64,000 nt of DNA, from NCBI RefSeq assembly GCF_009914755.1, contig NC_060930.1. One strand, given 5' to 3'. The notes under the pieces are model-generated. The model was not told the origin of the DNA. It was given only the letters and a program-made list of their open reading frames with translations, and ran no database searches. Shown here one piece after another: positions 38,790 through 52,800 of the stretch. Each line of letters starts with the position of its first letter. Position 1 is the stretch's first letter. Source of the DNA: the human T2T-CHM13v2.0 reference genome, Homo sapiens. The translations under genes and the position numbers were made by a program.

Positions 38790-38975
38790 GATGATTAGGA
38801 AACAACATAGAGGTCAGTGTGATTGGAGCAGAATGAGGTAAGAGAGAGTGACATAAAACTGAGACTTAAACACTAAATAGGCCCTTTAAAACCATTGTTA
38901 AGAACTATTGTATTTCATCCTGAGATGAAAAGCTACTACTGGAGAGCTGCAAATAAAAAAAATGAACTGTTCTCA
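38790..38975 (-). mobile_element. L2 fragment
   Basis: gaggtcagtgtgattggagcagaatgag...ccattgttaagaactattgtatttcatcctgag; very diverged. Confidence 0.45.
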
Positions 38976-39074
38976 ATTACTTTCTTCTTTTCTTTTTTTT
39001 TTTTTTTTTTTTTTACAGAGAATATGATTTATTTGAGAAGTATAATAGAATTCCTAGTTATCTAATTTTACTAA

Positions 39075-39326
39075 CTTTTTTAATGTTTAGCTTTGATAAA
39101 ATACAAAAATAACGTAAAAATTACCATCTTAACCTTTTTAATTGTATAGTTCAATTGTATTAAGTATCCTCACATTGTTGTTTAACCAATCTTCAGAATA
39201 TTTTCATCCTGCAAAATCAAACCTTCTTATTTCCCTCCCCTGCCCCACTTCCCCCAGCCCCCTATTTTACTTTCTGTTTCTGTGAGTTTCACTACAGTAG
39301 ATACCTCATACTAGTGGAATTGCATA
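39075..39326 (-). mobile_element. L1MB 3'-end fragment
   Basis: ttaccatcttaacctttttaattgtatagttc...tactttctgtttctgtgagtt...gatacctcatactagtggaat. Confidence 0.7.
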
Positions 39327-39489
39327 GCTGAAAGAAAATAATACATACTTTGCTATGTAAAATTTACTCTGATGCATTAAATTGTATTCAGTTCATTGTA
39401 TTTTATTTTAAAAAGAATTAGAAACTATTCGTTGACCTACAAAAGGATATCTTATTGTAAAAAATACTGTTTAGACTTTGAGAGCAACC

Positions 39490-39720
39490 GGTTCAGCATG
39501 GTATTTAAGATGATCAACTCTGGATGCAGACTGCCAGTCTTTGAATTTGAGCTCCTTCACTTGCAAACTGTGTGTCCTTCTGCAAGCTATTTAAACTTGC
39601 TATGCATCCGCTTCCTCATCTAAAAGCAGACATAATAATAGTACTTAGAGAGTTTTAATTAACACATGAAATCATTTAGAAGATTATTTGTTGCATAGTA
39701 AAAGCATATGTAGTGGTTAT
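39490..39720 (+). mobile_element. MIR
   Basis: ctctggatgcagactgcc...ctgtgtgtcctt.tgcaagctatttaaac...ttcctcatctaaaa...ataataatagtac. Confidence 0.7.
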
Positions 39721-40191
39721 TTTCCCATTATTTTTTAATTAATAATGAACATTATGCTTTACCTTTAGAGAAGAGTTCAGAAACTTAAATGCTGGTAGAG
39801 GAAATACAATGATCATAAAACATGAGAAGTGTAGTGTGTATATGACAATAAAATGCTGGTATTGTGACCCTAATTACACTGCATTCTAAAATGCTGGGCT
39901 AAGCCAAGCAACACAGCAAAACAAAATATGTCTAGGAGTCATTATTACCAGCAGATACCAATTGATTATTCTTAGTGTGAACCACAATCATTAATTTAGG
40001 ACAGCAAATAAACCAACCTAACAAATGTAGCTCTGAGCCTTGGATATCAGAATTTTAAATCCCATTAATTAAACACTTATGATATGTCCACATTAAAATT
40101 AATATTATTTGAAATCCCATTATTAAAATGTAAGACAAATCAACAATGGTGTGCGTGTATATAACGATATATATAATAAAAAATTAACCTA

Positions 40192-40248
40192 CAACACATA
40201 CACACATACTTACACACAGTGCACACACACACACACACACACACACAT
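40192..40248. repeat. (CA)n microsatellite
   Basis: cacacacacacacacacacacacacaca run with degenerate flank. Confidence 0.9.
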
Positions 40249-40261
40249 AGTTGAACATCTG

Positions 40262-40612
40262 TAATCATCCTTCCATATCTTTGGGTTCCACATCCATGGA
40301 TTCAGCAAACCACAGATCAAAAATATTTTTTAACCAAATGAATGGTTGGAATGGTTGCATCTGTACTGACCATGTACAGATTTTTTTCTTGTCATTATTT
40401 CCTAAATAATACAGTATAACAACTATTTACATCACATTTAAATTACATTAGGTATTATAAGTAACCTAGAGATAACTTAACACATACAGGAGGATGTGTG
40501 TAGGATATACGCAAATACTATGCCATATTCTATAAAGGGCTTGAGCATCCACAGATTTTTGATATCCATGGGACTCCTGAAACCAATGTCCCGTGAATAC
40601 CAAGAGATAATT
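40262..40612. mobile_element. MER2 (Tigger-family non-autonomous DNA transposon)
   Basis: gggttccacatccatggattca...tctgtactgaccatgtacaga...ttaggtattataagtaacctagaga...cttgagcatccacagatttt. Confidence 0.82.
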
Positions 40613-41224
40613 TGGCATTGTTTTATATACACACATGCATATAAAACATCATATATATATACATATATATAAAACAATCTGCAGTTCCATTAATTTATAC
40701 AATAATCAGCAGTGCTTCTCTTCTTCAAAAGATTGATGATAATCTACTATATTTCCTAATTTAAAAAAAGATTAGTACCTGATAGGAATTCTTAATATGT
40801 AATTAACTGATACATTTTAGGTGTAAAATGTTTTATATTGTCACACTGTTTTGTACTCAAGAGATAGTTGATACATTAGAAGCTTTCCAAAAGAGTGTTG
40901 ATGAACAGGCAATTCTATTGAAATTTTTTGACCTGCAATTTGGCAGACAAACTTACAAACACTTTCGGAATTAATTTAGAAACAAAATGATTTTAACTTG
41001 CTTTCACTATAATAACTGTCATTCAATTTCTATTTGCTTAAAGTGTCTTGCATTTTATAGTGACTATATTCTGTGTCTTATGCAAAAGATATTGCAATTT
41101 TGAACAATAATAAACACGAATTATTTTTATAACTTTTATATTATTATATTTCAGCAACTTTGGTATTTATTTGGAGTAAGGCAGCAGCTAGTAAATAGTA
41201 TTGAAAAAGAAAAGTAATGAGAGT

Positions 41225-41637
41225 TGTGATTATGTTTCCTTATGCCAACTTGTTTAAACTACAGTCCCCAGTCATTCATTAAACATTAATGTATTCAATG
41301 AGGTAAAAGCATTTTTTTGAGGAGGTGAAAGTACATAATCAATTCACTTTACATTAGGGAGATTATCCCAGATAAGCAATTCTAGATAATCTGAGTGGGC
41401 CTGATTCAATTAGTTGAAAGGCTTTAAGAACACAGCCTGGGATTCCTGATGAAGTTGTTCTCCTCATGAATAACAGCTCAAGATTGCCAGCCTGCTCTTC
41501 CTAAAGGTTTGTTTTATATGTTTTAAACCTGCTTACCTAACCTGCATAATCACATTAACCAATTCCTTGAAATAAATATCTTAATATATATACATATCTC
41601 TTGGTTCTTCCTCTCTGGTTGTGCCTTAACTGACACA
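41225..41637 (+). mobile_element. MLT2D-like solo LTR (ERVL)
   Basis: ctacagtccccagt.attca...gataatctgagtgggcctgattcaattagttgaaaggc...ccaattccttgaaataaat...ctgacaca. Confidence 0.7.
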
Positions 41638-41865
41638 GCGTTAGTTGTTAATTGCCTTATCAGATATGAAGGTATGTTTTGAAGTTAAAATTATGAAAAT
41701 GTTGTCATACCAGTATACAGATCAATACATTGATCAATGGAAGATGGTAAATGATATCTATATGCAAGTCATAAAAAGTGGAGTTCTAAGTCAGTAGAAC
41801 TTGTAAGGAAATACAACAAAATTCTGACTATCTTCTATAGGTTGACAGTATTAAAAGATGCTGTA

Positions 41866-42259
<394 letters not shown>

Positions 42260-44001
42260 TTACTAATAGAAAACTTTATTCACAGAAATTCATATAGAAA
42301 ACTGTGAATAATAGATAAAGCTCAGCTGTGTTTGTCAACTGTCAAAACCCACCACCTCCCAGCTGGACCCTGAGGAGATGGTGGATGATAAAATCTAATG
42401 TTCATCAAGGATGTTGGACAATCAATGAAAATCAGCTGTATGTTAATAAAGCTGTATTGCCTGTCCTTTACATCTTTACTTTAATTAGATGTTTACATTT
42501 TGCCCTTAAGAAAATATAGGCAAATGTTTTTTCCTATATTTTCCTTGATGAAAAATATTGAGATATCATTTGATTTCTTCCTTTCCCATTATTCCCTTTA
42601 TTTCATTTAAGATGTATACTCATATTGTATCGAGCTCAGATCTCTGAACTCTTCCTCTTAATAAACAAAACTTCCATTTCTTTTAATTCATTAAATCGAA
42701 CTATTTTAATCTTTCCTTGACGGTGATTTTACAAACAATGGTTGTTTATCAGAGAAAATAATATCTGGACTAGAAGAAGAGTCAATGAGATTAGTTTTGC
42801 AAATTATCAAGTCAGTTACCTAACTTGCTAAGTGCTGCCCAAATATTAGTAGTTTAATAATACTACAGAAACATCGTGTTGTCCACCTTTATAAAAATTA
42901 TTCCAAATAATTATGTCATTTGTTTTCATTTGAAAAATACATAGTTCAGACAGTTAAGTTAATGATTAAACTCATGGAAGCTGACAATTCAGAATGAGCA
43001 GTACGATAATGTAAGATTAATTTTACAAATATTTTAAAGTTTCTATTAAATATTTAAAAATTATACATCAACTGGGTCTTAAGATGGCCAACTCAATGCA
43101 GCTGGGAAGTGCTTCTCCCATGGAGAAAGGCTGAGATTTTGACTAAATCAACATAATTTGAACAGATCTTTGTAAAGAAGATGTCGAATGTGGATGTAGA
43201 GAAGATGCAGGCACTGAGGCTAAAGAGGAAGGAAGCTGGAAACTCCGCGTTGGGTAACTGAATGCTGGGGCTGCTTCCTGGCCCCAAATGGTGTCTGAGG
43301 AAGGGGTAAGTGAAAGGATTTGGAGACTGGAGACCTCACGCCTGCCACGGACATTTGAGCTGCTTGGTGGATGTCTTCAGAGATTAGACAGAGACAGAGC
43401 TGCTGCAAGCTTGGTGCCAGGAAACATTGTGCTAGGGACAGCTTTGGCAGAGCCTAACCCACCAAGGGCTGCCTATCTCCCTTTGAAGGCTCTGGCCCTA
43501 GCTAACCACTGGGGAGAAAGCAGAGCCACCTTCCCTGTGGGACTGGGGCACATCTGTCCCACAGGCCACCTGCCTGCCAGCCCCTCCTAGGTAGGGCTCC
43601 TCCCTGGCCACCCTGCAGAAGCCTGTACACAACATAACTCCACTGCCCACTCTGGGTGCTTTGCGCCACCTAAGTGCATTCTGGAAGCCTGGGAGCCCTT
43701 CGAATCCGACAGCACACCTGGGACCCAGTCCCAACGGTCTGGAGGAGGGAGCTGCAAGCAGGTCCTGGTACCCCAGAGCCCTGGCCCATGGCTCAGGATT
43801 ACCTAGCCAGGATCTGTGCCCTGCACTCAAGTCGGGGAGGACCCCACACTCTCAGAAAACTGAGAAGGGTGAATTGCAGAGGTTCACAGGTTGGCCTAGG
43901 ACCTAGATGTGCTTACCTCCACAGGACAGGTCCAGTAAGGATGTGCCCTATTTTCATACTGGACTTCTGTCCAAGGGAGCCCTGAGGCTGAAACATCAAA
44001 T

Positions 44002-44002
<1 letters not shown>

Positions 44003-44046
<44 letters not shown>

Positions 44047-44048
44047 AT
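44003..44048. repeat. (TAAA)n microsatellite in the L1 5'UTR
   Basis: About 10 perfect taaa units. Confidence 0.9.
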
Positions 44049-45243
44049 GGAATGGCTGGCAAAGTGCCAGTGATCAGAGGCAGCTTCCCCAGACTCCAGG
44101 AGTGCACCTGGTGAGGGGGTCACCTGTCTCCCCCTTGCACCACAGAGCATAGCTGCAAATCCAAGGATATGCAAAGGAGTCATACTGCAAATAACAGCCT
44201 GTCTACCAACCATTGCTGTCAAGCACTATCTACCGGATTGCAGCCCAAACTACCAAAAACAACAACAAGTCACTCCGCTAATTCTCCCTGCTGATAAACC
44301 AAGGGCAAGAATTCAACAACAAAGACCCTGTACAGAGTCTTAGCCCTCTGAAACCTTCCAGAAACAAAGCCAACTGACTATACTAGATTTCCATCACAGT
44401 TAACACCAGCCTTCTCAGATGGGAAAAAATTAGCATAAGAACTCTGGCAATTCAAAAAGCCAGAGTGTCCCCTTACCTCCAAACAGGCCCACTGGGTCTC
44501 CAGCAGTGGTTAATCAGTCTGAAATGTCTGAAATGACAGACATGGAATTCAGAATCTGGACGGCTAGGAAGCTTATCAAGACAAGGAGAAAGTTGAAACT
44601 CAATCCAAGGAAGCAAAGCAATTCAGTAAAATGATTCAAGAGTTGAAAGACTAAGAAGCCATTTTAAGAAAGACCCAAACTGAACTTCTTGAGCTGAAAA
44701 ATTCACTACGAGAATTTCAAAAGACAATCAGAAGTATTAACAGCAGAATAGACCAAGCAGAGAAAAGAACCTCAGGGCTTGAAGACAGCTAATTGAGTCA
44801 ACTCAGTGAGGCAAAAATAAAGAGAAAAGAGTATAGAAAAATGAACAAAACATCTGAGAAATACGCAATTATGCAAAGAGACCAAATCTATGACTTATTG
44901 GCATTCTCGAGAGAGAAAGAGAAATAATAAGCAACTTGGAAAATATATTTGAGGACATAGTCCATGAAAATTTCCCTAATCTCACTAGAGAGATTGACCT
45001 GCAAATCCAAGAAATATAGAGGACCCTAGCCAGACACTGCAAAAGACAACCATCCCCAGGGCACATGGTCATCAGATGCACTAAAGTCAACACAAAAGAA
45101 AAAACCAAAAGTAGACACATGGGACTTAAACTAAAGAGCTTCTGCATAGCAAAAGAAACTTATAACAAAGCAAAGAAACAACCTGCAGAATAGCAGAAGT
45201 TATTCACAAACCATCCATTCAACAAAAGTCTAATATCCAGCAT

Positions 45244-45937
45244 TGATATGGTTTAGCTCTGTGTCCCCACCTATATCTTGTAATCCCCATATGTTGAGGG
45301 AAGGACTTGTTGGGAGGTGATTGGATCACAGGTCTCCCCATGTCTGTTCTTGTGATAGTGAGTGAGTTCTCACGAGATACGATAGTTTAGAAGTGTGTGG
45401 CTGGTCAGGTGCAGTGACTTACAACATGCCTGTAATCCCAGCAGTTTGGGAGGCCAAGGCAAGCAGATCACCTGAGGTCAGGAGTTCAAGACCAGCCTCC
45501 CAACATGGTGAAACCCTGTCTCTTCATAAATACAAAAATTAGCCAGGTGTGATGGCAGGTGCCTGTAATTCCAGCTACTCAGGCAGCTGAGGTGGGAGAA
45601 TTGATTGAACCCAGGAGGCAGAGGTCGCAGTGAGCCAAGATCGCACCACTGCACTTCAGCCTGGGTGACAGAGCAAGACTCCATCTCAAAAAAAAAAGGG
45701 GGTGTGGCTTTCTTTGTGTTCTCTCTCTGTCTCAGTCTCTCTCTCTCTTTCTCTCTCTCCCTCTCTCCTGCCACTTTGTGAAGAAGGTGCTTACTTCCCC
45801 TTCAACTTCCACCATGGTTGTAAATTTCCTAAAGCCTCCCCAGCAATGCAGAACTGTGAGTCAATTAAACCTCTTTTCTTTATAAATTATCCAGTCTCAG
45901 GTAGTTATTTATAGCAGTGTGAGAATGGGCTAATACA
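45244..45937 (+). mobile_element. THE1D/MSTA-type MaLR solo LTR containing an Alu
   Basis: tgatatggtttagctctgtgtccccacc ... gagaatgggctaataca; perfect 5-bp TSD AGCAT. Confidence 0.88.
45403..45697 (+). mobile_element. AluS (Sx/Sz-like) nested in the MaLR LTR
   Basis: gatcacctgaggtcaggagttcaagaccagcc; A-tail; flanking gtgtggct repeated. Confidence 0.9.
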
Positions 45938-46734
45938 AGCATCTATAGAGAATTTAAACAAATCAACAAGCAAAAAGCATTTACCCTATTAAAAATGTGC
46001 AAATCACAGAAACAGACACTTCTCAAAAGAAGATATACAAGCAGCCATTGAGCATATGAAAAAATGCTCATCATTACTAATCATCAGAGAAATGCAAATA
46101 CAGCAATGATATACCATCTCACATCAGTCAGAATGGCTATTACTAAAAAGTCAAGAAATAATGGATGCTGTTGATGCTTCAGAGAAAAGGAAATACTATA
46201 TACTGTTGATGAGAATGCAAAATAGTCCGGCCACTGTGGAAAGCAGTCTGGAGATTTCACAAGGAACTTAAAGACACCTACTATTTGACCCAGCAATCTC
46301 ACTACTGGGTACGTACCCAAAGGAAAATAAATCATTCTACCAAAAAGACACATATACTCATATGTTCATCGCTGCACTATTCACAATAGCTAAGACATGA
46401 AGTCAACCTATGTGCCCAGCAGCATAGATTGGATAAAGAAAATGGGGTACATAAATACTATGGAATAATATACAGCCATAACAAAAATGAAACCACGTCC
46501 TTTGCAGCAACATGGATATAGTTGTGGGCCATAATCCTAAGTAAATTAACTTAGGAATAGAAAAGCCAAATACTACATGTGCTCACTTATAAGTGGGAAC
46601 TAAACATTGAGCATATGTGGACATTAATATGAGAATAATAGACACTGTAGAACACTAAACAGAGAAAGCGGGAGTGGGTCATGGGTTGAAAAACACCTAT
46701 CTGATACTATGCTCACTATGTGAGTGGTGGGATC

Positions 46735-47109
46735 TGTGTTAGTCCATTTTCACACTGTTAAAAAGAACTACCTGACACTGGATAATTTATAAAGAAAAGA
46801 GGTCTAATTGACTTACAGTTCCACAGTGCTGGGGAGGCCTCAGGAAATGTAGAATCATGGTGGAAGGTGAAGGGGAAACAAGCACCTTCTTCACAAGGTG
46901 GCAGGAGAGAGAGAGAGAGAGATTGAAAGTGAAGGAAGCCACACACTTTTAAACCATCATAACTCATGAGAACTCACTCACTATAACGAGAACAGCATGG
47001 GGGAATACACCCCCATGATCCAATCACCTCCCACCAGATCCCTCCCTCCACATGTGGGGATTACAATTGAGATGAGATTTGGTTGGGAACACAGAGCCAA
47101 ACCATATCA
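46735..47109 (-). mobile_element. THE1D/MSTA-type MaLR solo LTR
   Basis: tgtgttagtccattttcacactg ... cacagagccaaaccatatca; TSD ggatc/ggata. Confidence 0.88.
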
Positions 47110-49446
47110 GGATATGTACCCTAAACCTCAGCATTACACAATATTCCCATGTAACAAAACTATACATGTACCCCCACATCTAAAACAAAAGTTAAAATTA
47201 AAAAATATGTATATATCAAAAAGAATATATGTACACAATTAAAGCTTCATAAAATACTTTTATATCTGATAAATTTTAATGTTAAATCTAAAAATTGAAT
47301 ATTAAATGTGGTTAATGTTTAACATATTATTTCTTGTCAGAAATTGTCTTTATATATTAGTATGTACTTTCTAAGAGAAGCATAAGATATGTGAGGCAAC
47401 CATGTCTTTTTATTAAGCACCTTAAAATTTTGCAGGTTTAGGAATCCATCTTTTCTTGAAAATTGTTTTAATCAACGTTAAAATAGTTTGAATTAAAAAA
47501 CCAGACTTAACTCCCTAACAATTTTTTTTAAAGTTTTCTCGGAGGTTACTAAACTTAATCACTAAGACCACTGTCATCAAGGTTACTAATGGGCTATTGT
47601 ATTTTGCTAAATAAAAAGTAAATAAGAAAAATCACAATCTTAGTTTACTTCCCAGCAGAATTTTACCTTGCTGATGGTTCTTATACCTTTTTAAAAAGTA
47701 TAATATTAACATCAAAATTGAAAAGCATTCAAATAATGTTAAAGTGTCTGAACAAGCAATTGGGAAACATCATCTTATTCTTCCCACTCAGCAGATATAA
47801 CTATAGTAAGCAGTGCACATGGACATAGTCTATAAACTTTGAGACATGTGTTTATGCACATTCAAATGCACCAAGTCAATAGAAATGTTAAAACTGTTCA
47901 AAATAAGTTAATGAGGACAGAGCCTTTATAAAAAATAAAAGAACAAATGGGAAATTATCTTAATGGATGAGGTAATTTGTTGACATTTCCTAAAATACGA
48001 GCTGTGTTTATTTTCCTCTTTCATTCCTGACTCATTTTTGCTTTTCTGAACTATTCCAACATCTGGAAGTTCAGCCCTCTCTTCCAGCTCGACTGAGCTG
48101 CTGGCAAATGCTAATTTAAGGTTAAGGCACAAACCTGCTTGTAACACAAGGGAAGCCACCAAGGACCTGTAGGCATTCTGCTACTTTGGCCCCATGGAGA
48201 ACAGAATCAATTCTGCTGCAGATGGTAAAAACCAAGGAATAGTCAACAAATGTTTGAACTAAACAGCAGAATAAAAGAAAAATGAAAACCATCACATGGA
48301 AGAATTTACACAAAAAATTATTAAAAACAGAAAGTGACATTAAGATACATGTATTTAATATTCTCAGAAATATGCTTAGGTATATAAGAAAATGTAATGG
48401 GCAAATAAATTACACAAGAAAGGAAAGCGGGGCTGAGGAATTGAGAGACAAAGTTAAGATGTATACAAGCTGTCAACATACATTTGATGAGGATTTTTGC
48501 AGGAGAAAACAGGAGAAACAGACATCAAATAATGGAATTAATAATACAATATGTTGATAAAGTGCAAACTTACATTTTTTTCATGTATGCCTTTTGTGAG
48601 CTATCTAAAAATTCTTGGCCTAATCCAGAGAAGTGAAAATTTAAGGTTAAGACCATATATGTGTGGGTCTATTTATGACTTTATTCTGTTTGTTTCTCTG
48701 TATTCTGTCTGTTGCTCTGTTCCTACGCCAATACTTAAGTGCCATGATTACAACAGAAAACTATTTTTATGTTTATGATGCTGATTATTTCTCCACGTTC
48801 TTCCACATGATTCTTGGCTCTTTGTATTTCCTTTTTGGATGTTTTTTTAAAAAGATTTTATCTATATTATTTTGGATAATTCATGTTTTTCTTCTTAATG
48901 TGTAAGAACATTATCCTTTTCTCTATATTCTTATGTTTGTAATTGCATTTAATTTTGTTTCTGGTCTTTTATTGTTAATTTTAAAGGTTTAGAAACATTA
49001 TCTGCATTTTCCTTTGTGATTCTTTTTCTCATAACTGCAATGCTTAGATAGTTCCAGAAATCACAAACTTGATCATTTTGCATCTACATTTTTCTTGATA
49101 AATATTTCTAGTAAAATACTTTCAATTTTTAAAATTTTGACTAAAACTTAAAAGTAGAGAAAGAGACATAACAAATTTTTTTAAAAATCTTAATATTGTT
49201 TGCATATGCCTTCAGACGTGACCATCAAAGATTTTTCCTGAGAGTTTTTTCCAAAGTGAGCTATAAAGTGATTTATTTTTCCCTTGGATCCGAGTGGTAT
49301 AGAATTGTTATCCCAGAGGTGGCAATAGTTTTTTCTCACCACATGGAAAAAAAACTCCATACACAAAGGGTGCAGATGGCAGCCTGACTTTCATAGTCCT
49401 GTAACCCTGACTGCAAATTACAGCTTGTAATGAGTCACATACAGAT

Positions 49447-49892
49447 TGTGAAAGGAAAATATCCTAGGCCCTTTCATGCTGGGAACTGCTCAGAGCAAAT
49501 CTGTCTCCCATTCTATTCAAAGTTATTCCTATGCTCACTGAGATAGATGCATATCTGATTGCCTCCTTTGGAAAAGCTAATCAGAAACTCAAAAGAATGC
49601 AACCGTTCATTATCTCTCACCTACCTGTGACCTGGAAGCCCCCTCCCCGCTTCCAGTCTTCCAGCCTTTGTTTTAAGTTGTCCCGCCTTTCCAGACTGAA
49701 CCAATGTAATTCTTACATATATTGATTGATGTCTTGTGTCTCCCTAAAATGTATAAAACTAAGCTGTTCCCGAACACCTTGGCACGTGTCGTCAGGACTT
49801 CCTGAAGCTGCGTCACAGGCGTGCATCCTTGACCTTGGCAAAATAAACTTGCTAAATTAACTGAGACCTGTCTCAGATTTTGGGGGTTCACA
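49447..49892 (+). mobile_element. 5' LTR (MER4A/MER4A1-like)
   Basis: tgtgaaaggaaaatatc...gctaatcagaaactcaaaagaatgcaac...ggggttcaca. Confidence 0.88.
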
Positions 49893-52800
49893 TTTTGGTA
49901 ACCACAGGGGGATTCTGAGTGAAGATGCCCCTGGCCTGTGACAAATCTCCTGTGGGTGCTTGGTACCCGCATCAGCTAACTTTATGGCTCAAACCAATGG
50001 GACAACTTGCTGAGGCCTGTGAGCACCTCCTCAGTGAATCCCTGACCTTTCAAAATTTGGTCAAGATCTAAAGTTTATTTTGCTGTACAACTTCTTTTTT
50101 TTTTTTGAGTTTTACTTGCTTCCAACAAGGAAGGCATGTCTTCCTACTTCCATGACGATGGAAAGCAGGTAACCCCTTTGTGGAGTTTGAGCTCGCTGCC
50201 AGCAGGGAAGAGGAGTTTTATTTTTCCCTGCTGCTAGGATGGGAGAGTGAAGTCTACAGCCTGAGACCCATCACAAGGTAAGAAACTGGTTTGGGATTCT
50301 GTCTTGCAAATTCTTTTTAAACAACTAAGGTTAGCATTAACAAGCAGCTGGTTTTAATTTCTGCTTACACTTAGAGCACTCAGAAATCATATAATTTGTG
50401 TGATCATTGTTAGTTTTCCTTAACTGTTTTGTTGTTTGTTTCTTAACTGTCTCGTTGGGTTTGTGTGTGTGTTTGTTTCAGTGCTTTCCCTTATCAGATT
50501 TGACCAACTCCATACCTTCTAGCTCACTAATGTGGAATGTTCCACTCCAAAGAAATAAGAGCACCTTGCTCCCCTCAGCCTTTCCTGGCATTCTCAGGCA
50601 ACTGAGAATCACCTGAGGGTGTCTGGGAGAAACACTCCCTAAGACATGCAGTGGCTCTAAATAGGTTCCCCCTCAGAAGAACATACTTGGAGTTTAATCT
50701 CAACCAGCAGGTACATAGAAGGAGCTGACCCCTCCCGAACCTTGAGGCCCTGACACACTGTGCCAGGTGGCTGAGACATGGGCGGACAGAACAGGTTCAG
50801 GGGGTCATGACTCTGAAGAGCTAGGTCTGCGAGCAGCACATTTTGGGTCTGACATACGTCCCAACTTGGTCAGATCCAAAGAGTAACTCTGAATTATGGG
50901 GAACAAGGCCTTTGAAGTGGGAGGAAAATGGCCAGCAAAAGGGAAAAAGAAAAAGGGAAAAGATTTTTAATTTTGACTACAAAAGGGGCTTTATTTACAT
51001 AACAAGGCCACCTTTTTGCCAGTCAAACCAAACTGAAAGAGGAATGGCTGTACTACTGAATTAGCAGCATTTTCTCCTAGCTGACATATGGTAATGAGAT
51101 TTTAAAATATTTTTTAAAGAAGTTCAATGATTAAAAGTCAGCTTAATTAGAAGGATAACATCCAAGATGTGAGTGTATATGTGTGCACGTGTGCATATTT
51201 GTATTTAAAAGGCCTTCATTGTTTTGGGTTTTTTTGTTTGTTTTTCTCTCCTAAGACCTTGTCTTTTTTTGAGCAAAAGTTTTTTTTTCTTTCTTATCAG
51301 TTGACTGAATGCTCTTTTCACCTGATTTATTGACTAAAATAGTTATTACAACAGAGGCTACGCTTGGGTTTTTAAGGGAGAATGTAGTTTAGACACTCAG
51401 AAATGTCTTTGTTTAAAAAAAGTTTTTTTAAGTACACTATAAAAGCGTCTCCCTCGAGTACCACCAGACTTTTTCTCTCTGTACCTTATGATGGAAATTT
51501 TGCTATTTAATTTTCAACTGAGTTGTTTCCTTTAATATGCAAATTTAAGCCTATTTAGCTATCAACTGCCTCGGGTTGTAAAACAGGTTATCAAGGATCT
51601 AAAAGTCTAAGATAGGGAAAAAAAAGGTCTTATTGAATCTATAAGATGTACTTCCATCCACATGCCCAATACATCTATGTATTTATGTATTGTGTATACA
51701 ATGTTTCACTACTGAAAAATATATAAAGGGCTTAAAGAAAAATGAAAGCATTTAAATAAAATACTTTATCAGGAAAAAAGAAAAGACTAGTCAAATGCTT
51801 TTTCGAGTTTATGGAACTTAAGTAAAAGCTTTAATAAATAAGCCAGCTTTAAAATTATTAGTAAAGTAATATTAGAAATGTCTGAGGAATTGCCAGCATA
51901 CTTTTTTTTTGCATTTATTAATCAGACAATTTCATGCTTATCCCTGCCAAATAGTGTAAGATGTCAAAATTTGGCATAGGGGTTACAAAACTATAAACCT
52001 AGCCCAAAGCAGAGTGATCTTTGCTGTGTAATTTTTAATAAATAAGACATTGATATCGGTTTAATGAACATCTGCATCTTAAATTTAGGAAGATTACCAT
52101 AATTTCTAATCTTGGCTTTAGGGAGTCTAGTCCACAGGCAGTAAGGAGGTTTGTTCTGGGAAAAAACTGTTACTGTCTTTGTTTCAAAGCTAGACTGTAA
52201 ATTAAGTTCCTCCCAAAGTCCAGGAACGAAGGACAGCTTGGAGGCTAGAAGCAAGATGGAGTCAGTTAGGTCATATCTTTTTCACTGCCTCAGTTATATT
52301 TTTGCAATGGCAATCTATAACTTTAAATCATAACTATCACAGTTTTCATAAATAATCCAGGTAAACAATTAAAATAAAATAATTAGGTAAATGTAATGAG
52401 ATAAATACTTGTAGACAAATGTCATAATTTAGAATCTAAAGTTAAATTAAATAATAGAGATTTCATTATTTGGGTATTTTCCAATCTATATTGTAGGAGA
52501 ATATTCTTGCAAAAAAAAAAAGTGTGTCCTTTTTAAAAAAAAAAATAGGTGAACACGTTTTATCTAATTCAAAGCTTATTTAAAGGTTATGTATAAAACA
52601 AGGTAAAAGGAACCAGGAAATAAAAAAGAGATGTAAAAAAGTTATAAAAATAAAGAGATTTTATGTGTGCATGGTAAGAAAGCTTAAAGAGAAACAATTT
52701 TATATGAGAAAGAATCTTATATGGCAGATTTAGTCTTAGAGAAAATGACGGGTTGTTTCAGAAGGAGGAATACTCAGGACAAACCAGAAGGTCCCAAGCA

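Larger units (their letters stand above)
43074..47206 (+). mobile_element. L1PA15/16-like LINE-1 with 5'UTR, partial ORF1, large internal deletion (~45103) and 3' end
   Basis: aagatggcc 5' start; ORF1-like aagaactctggcaattcaaaaagccagagtg...gaaaatttccctaatctcactagaga; abrupt jump to late ORF2 (atgggacttaaactaaagagcttctgca); 3' end catgtacccccacatctaaaacaaaagtt. Confidence 0.8.
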
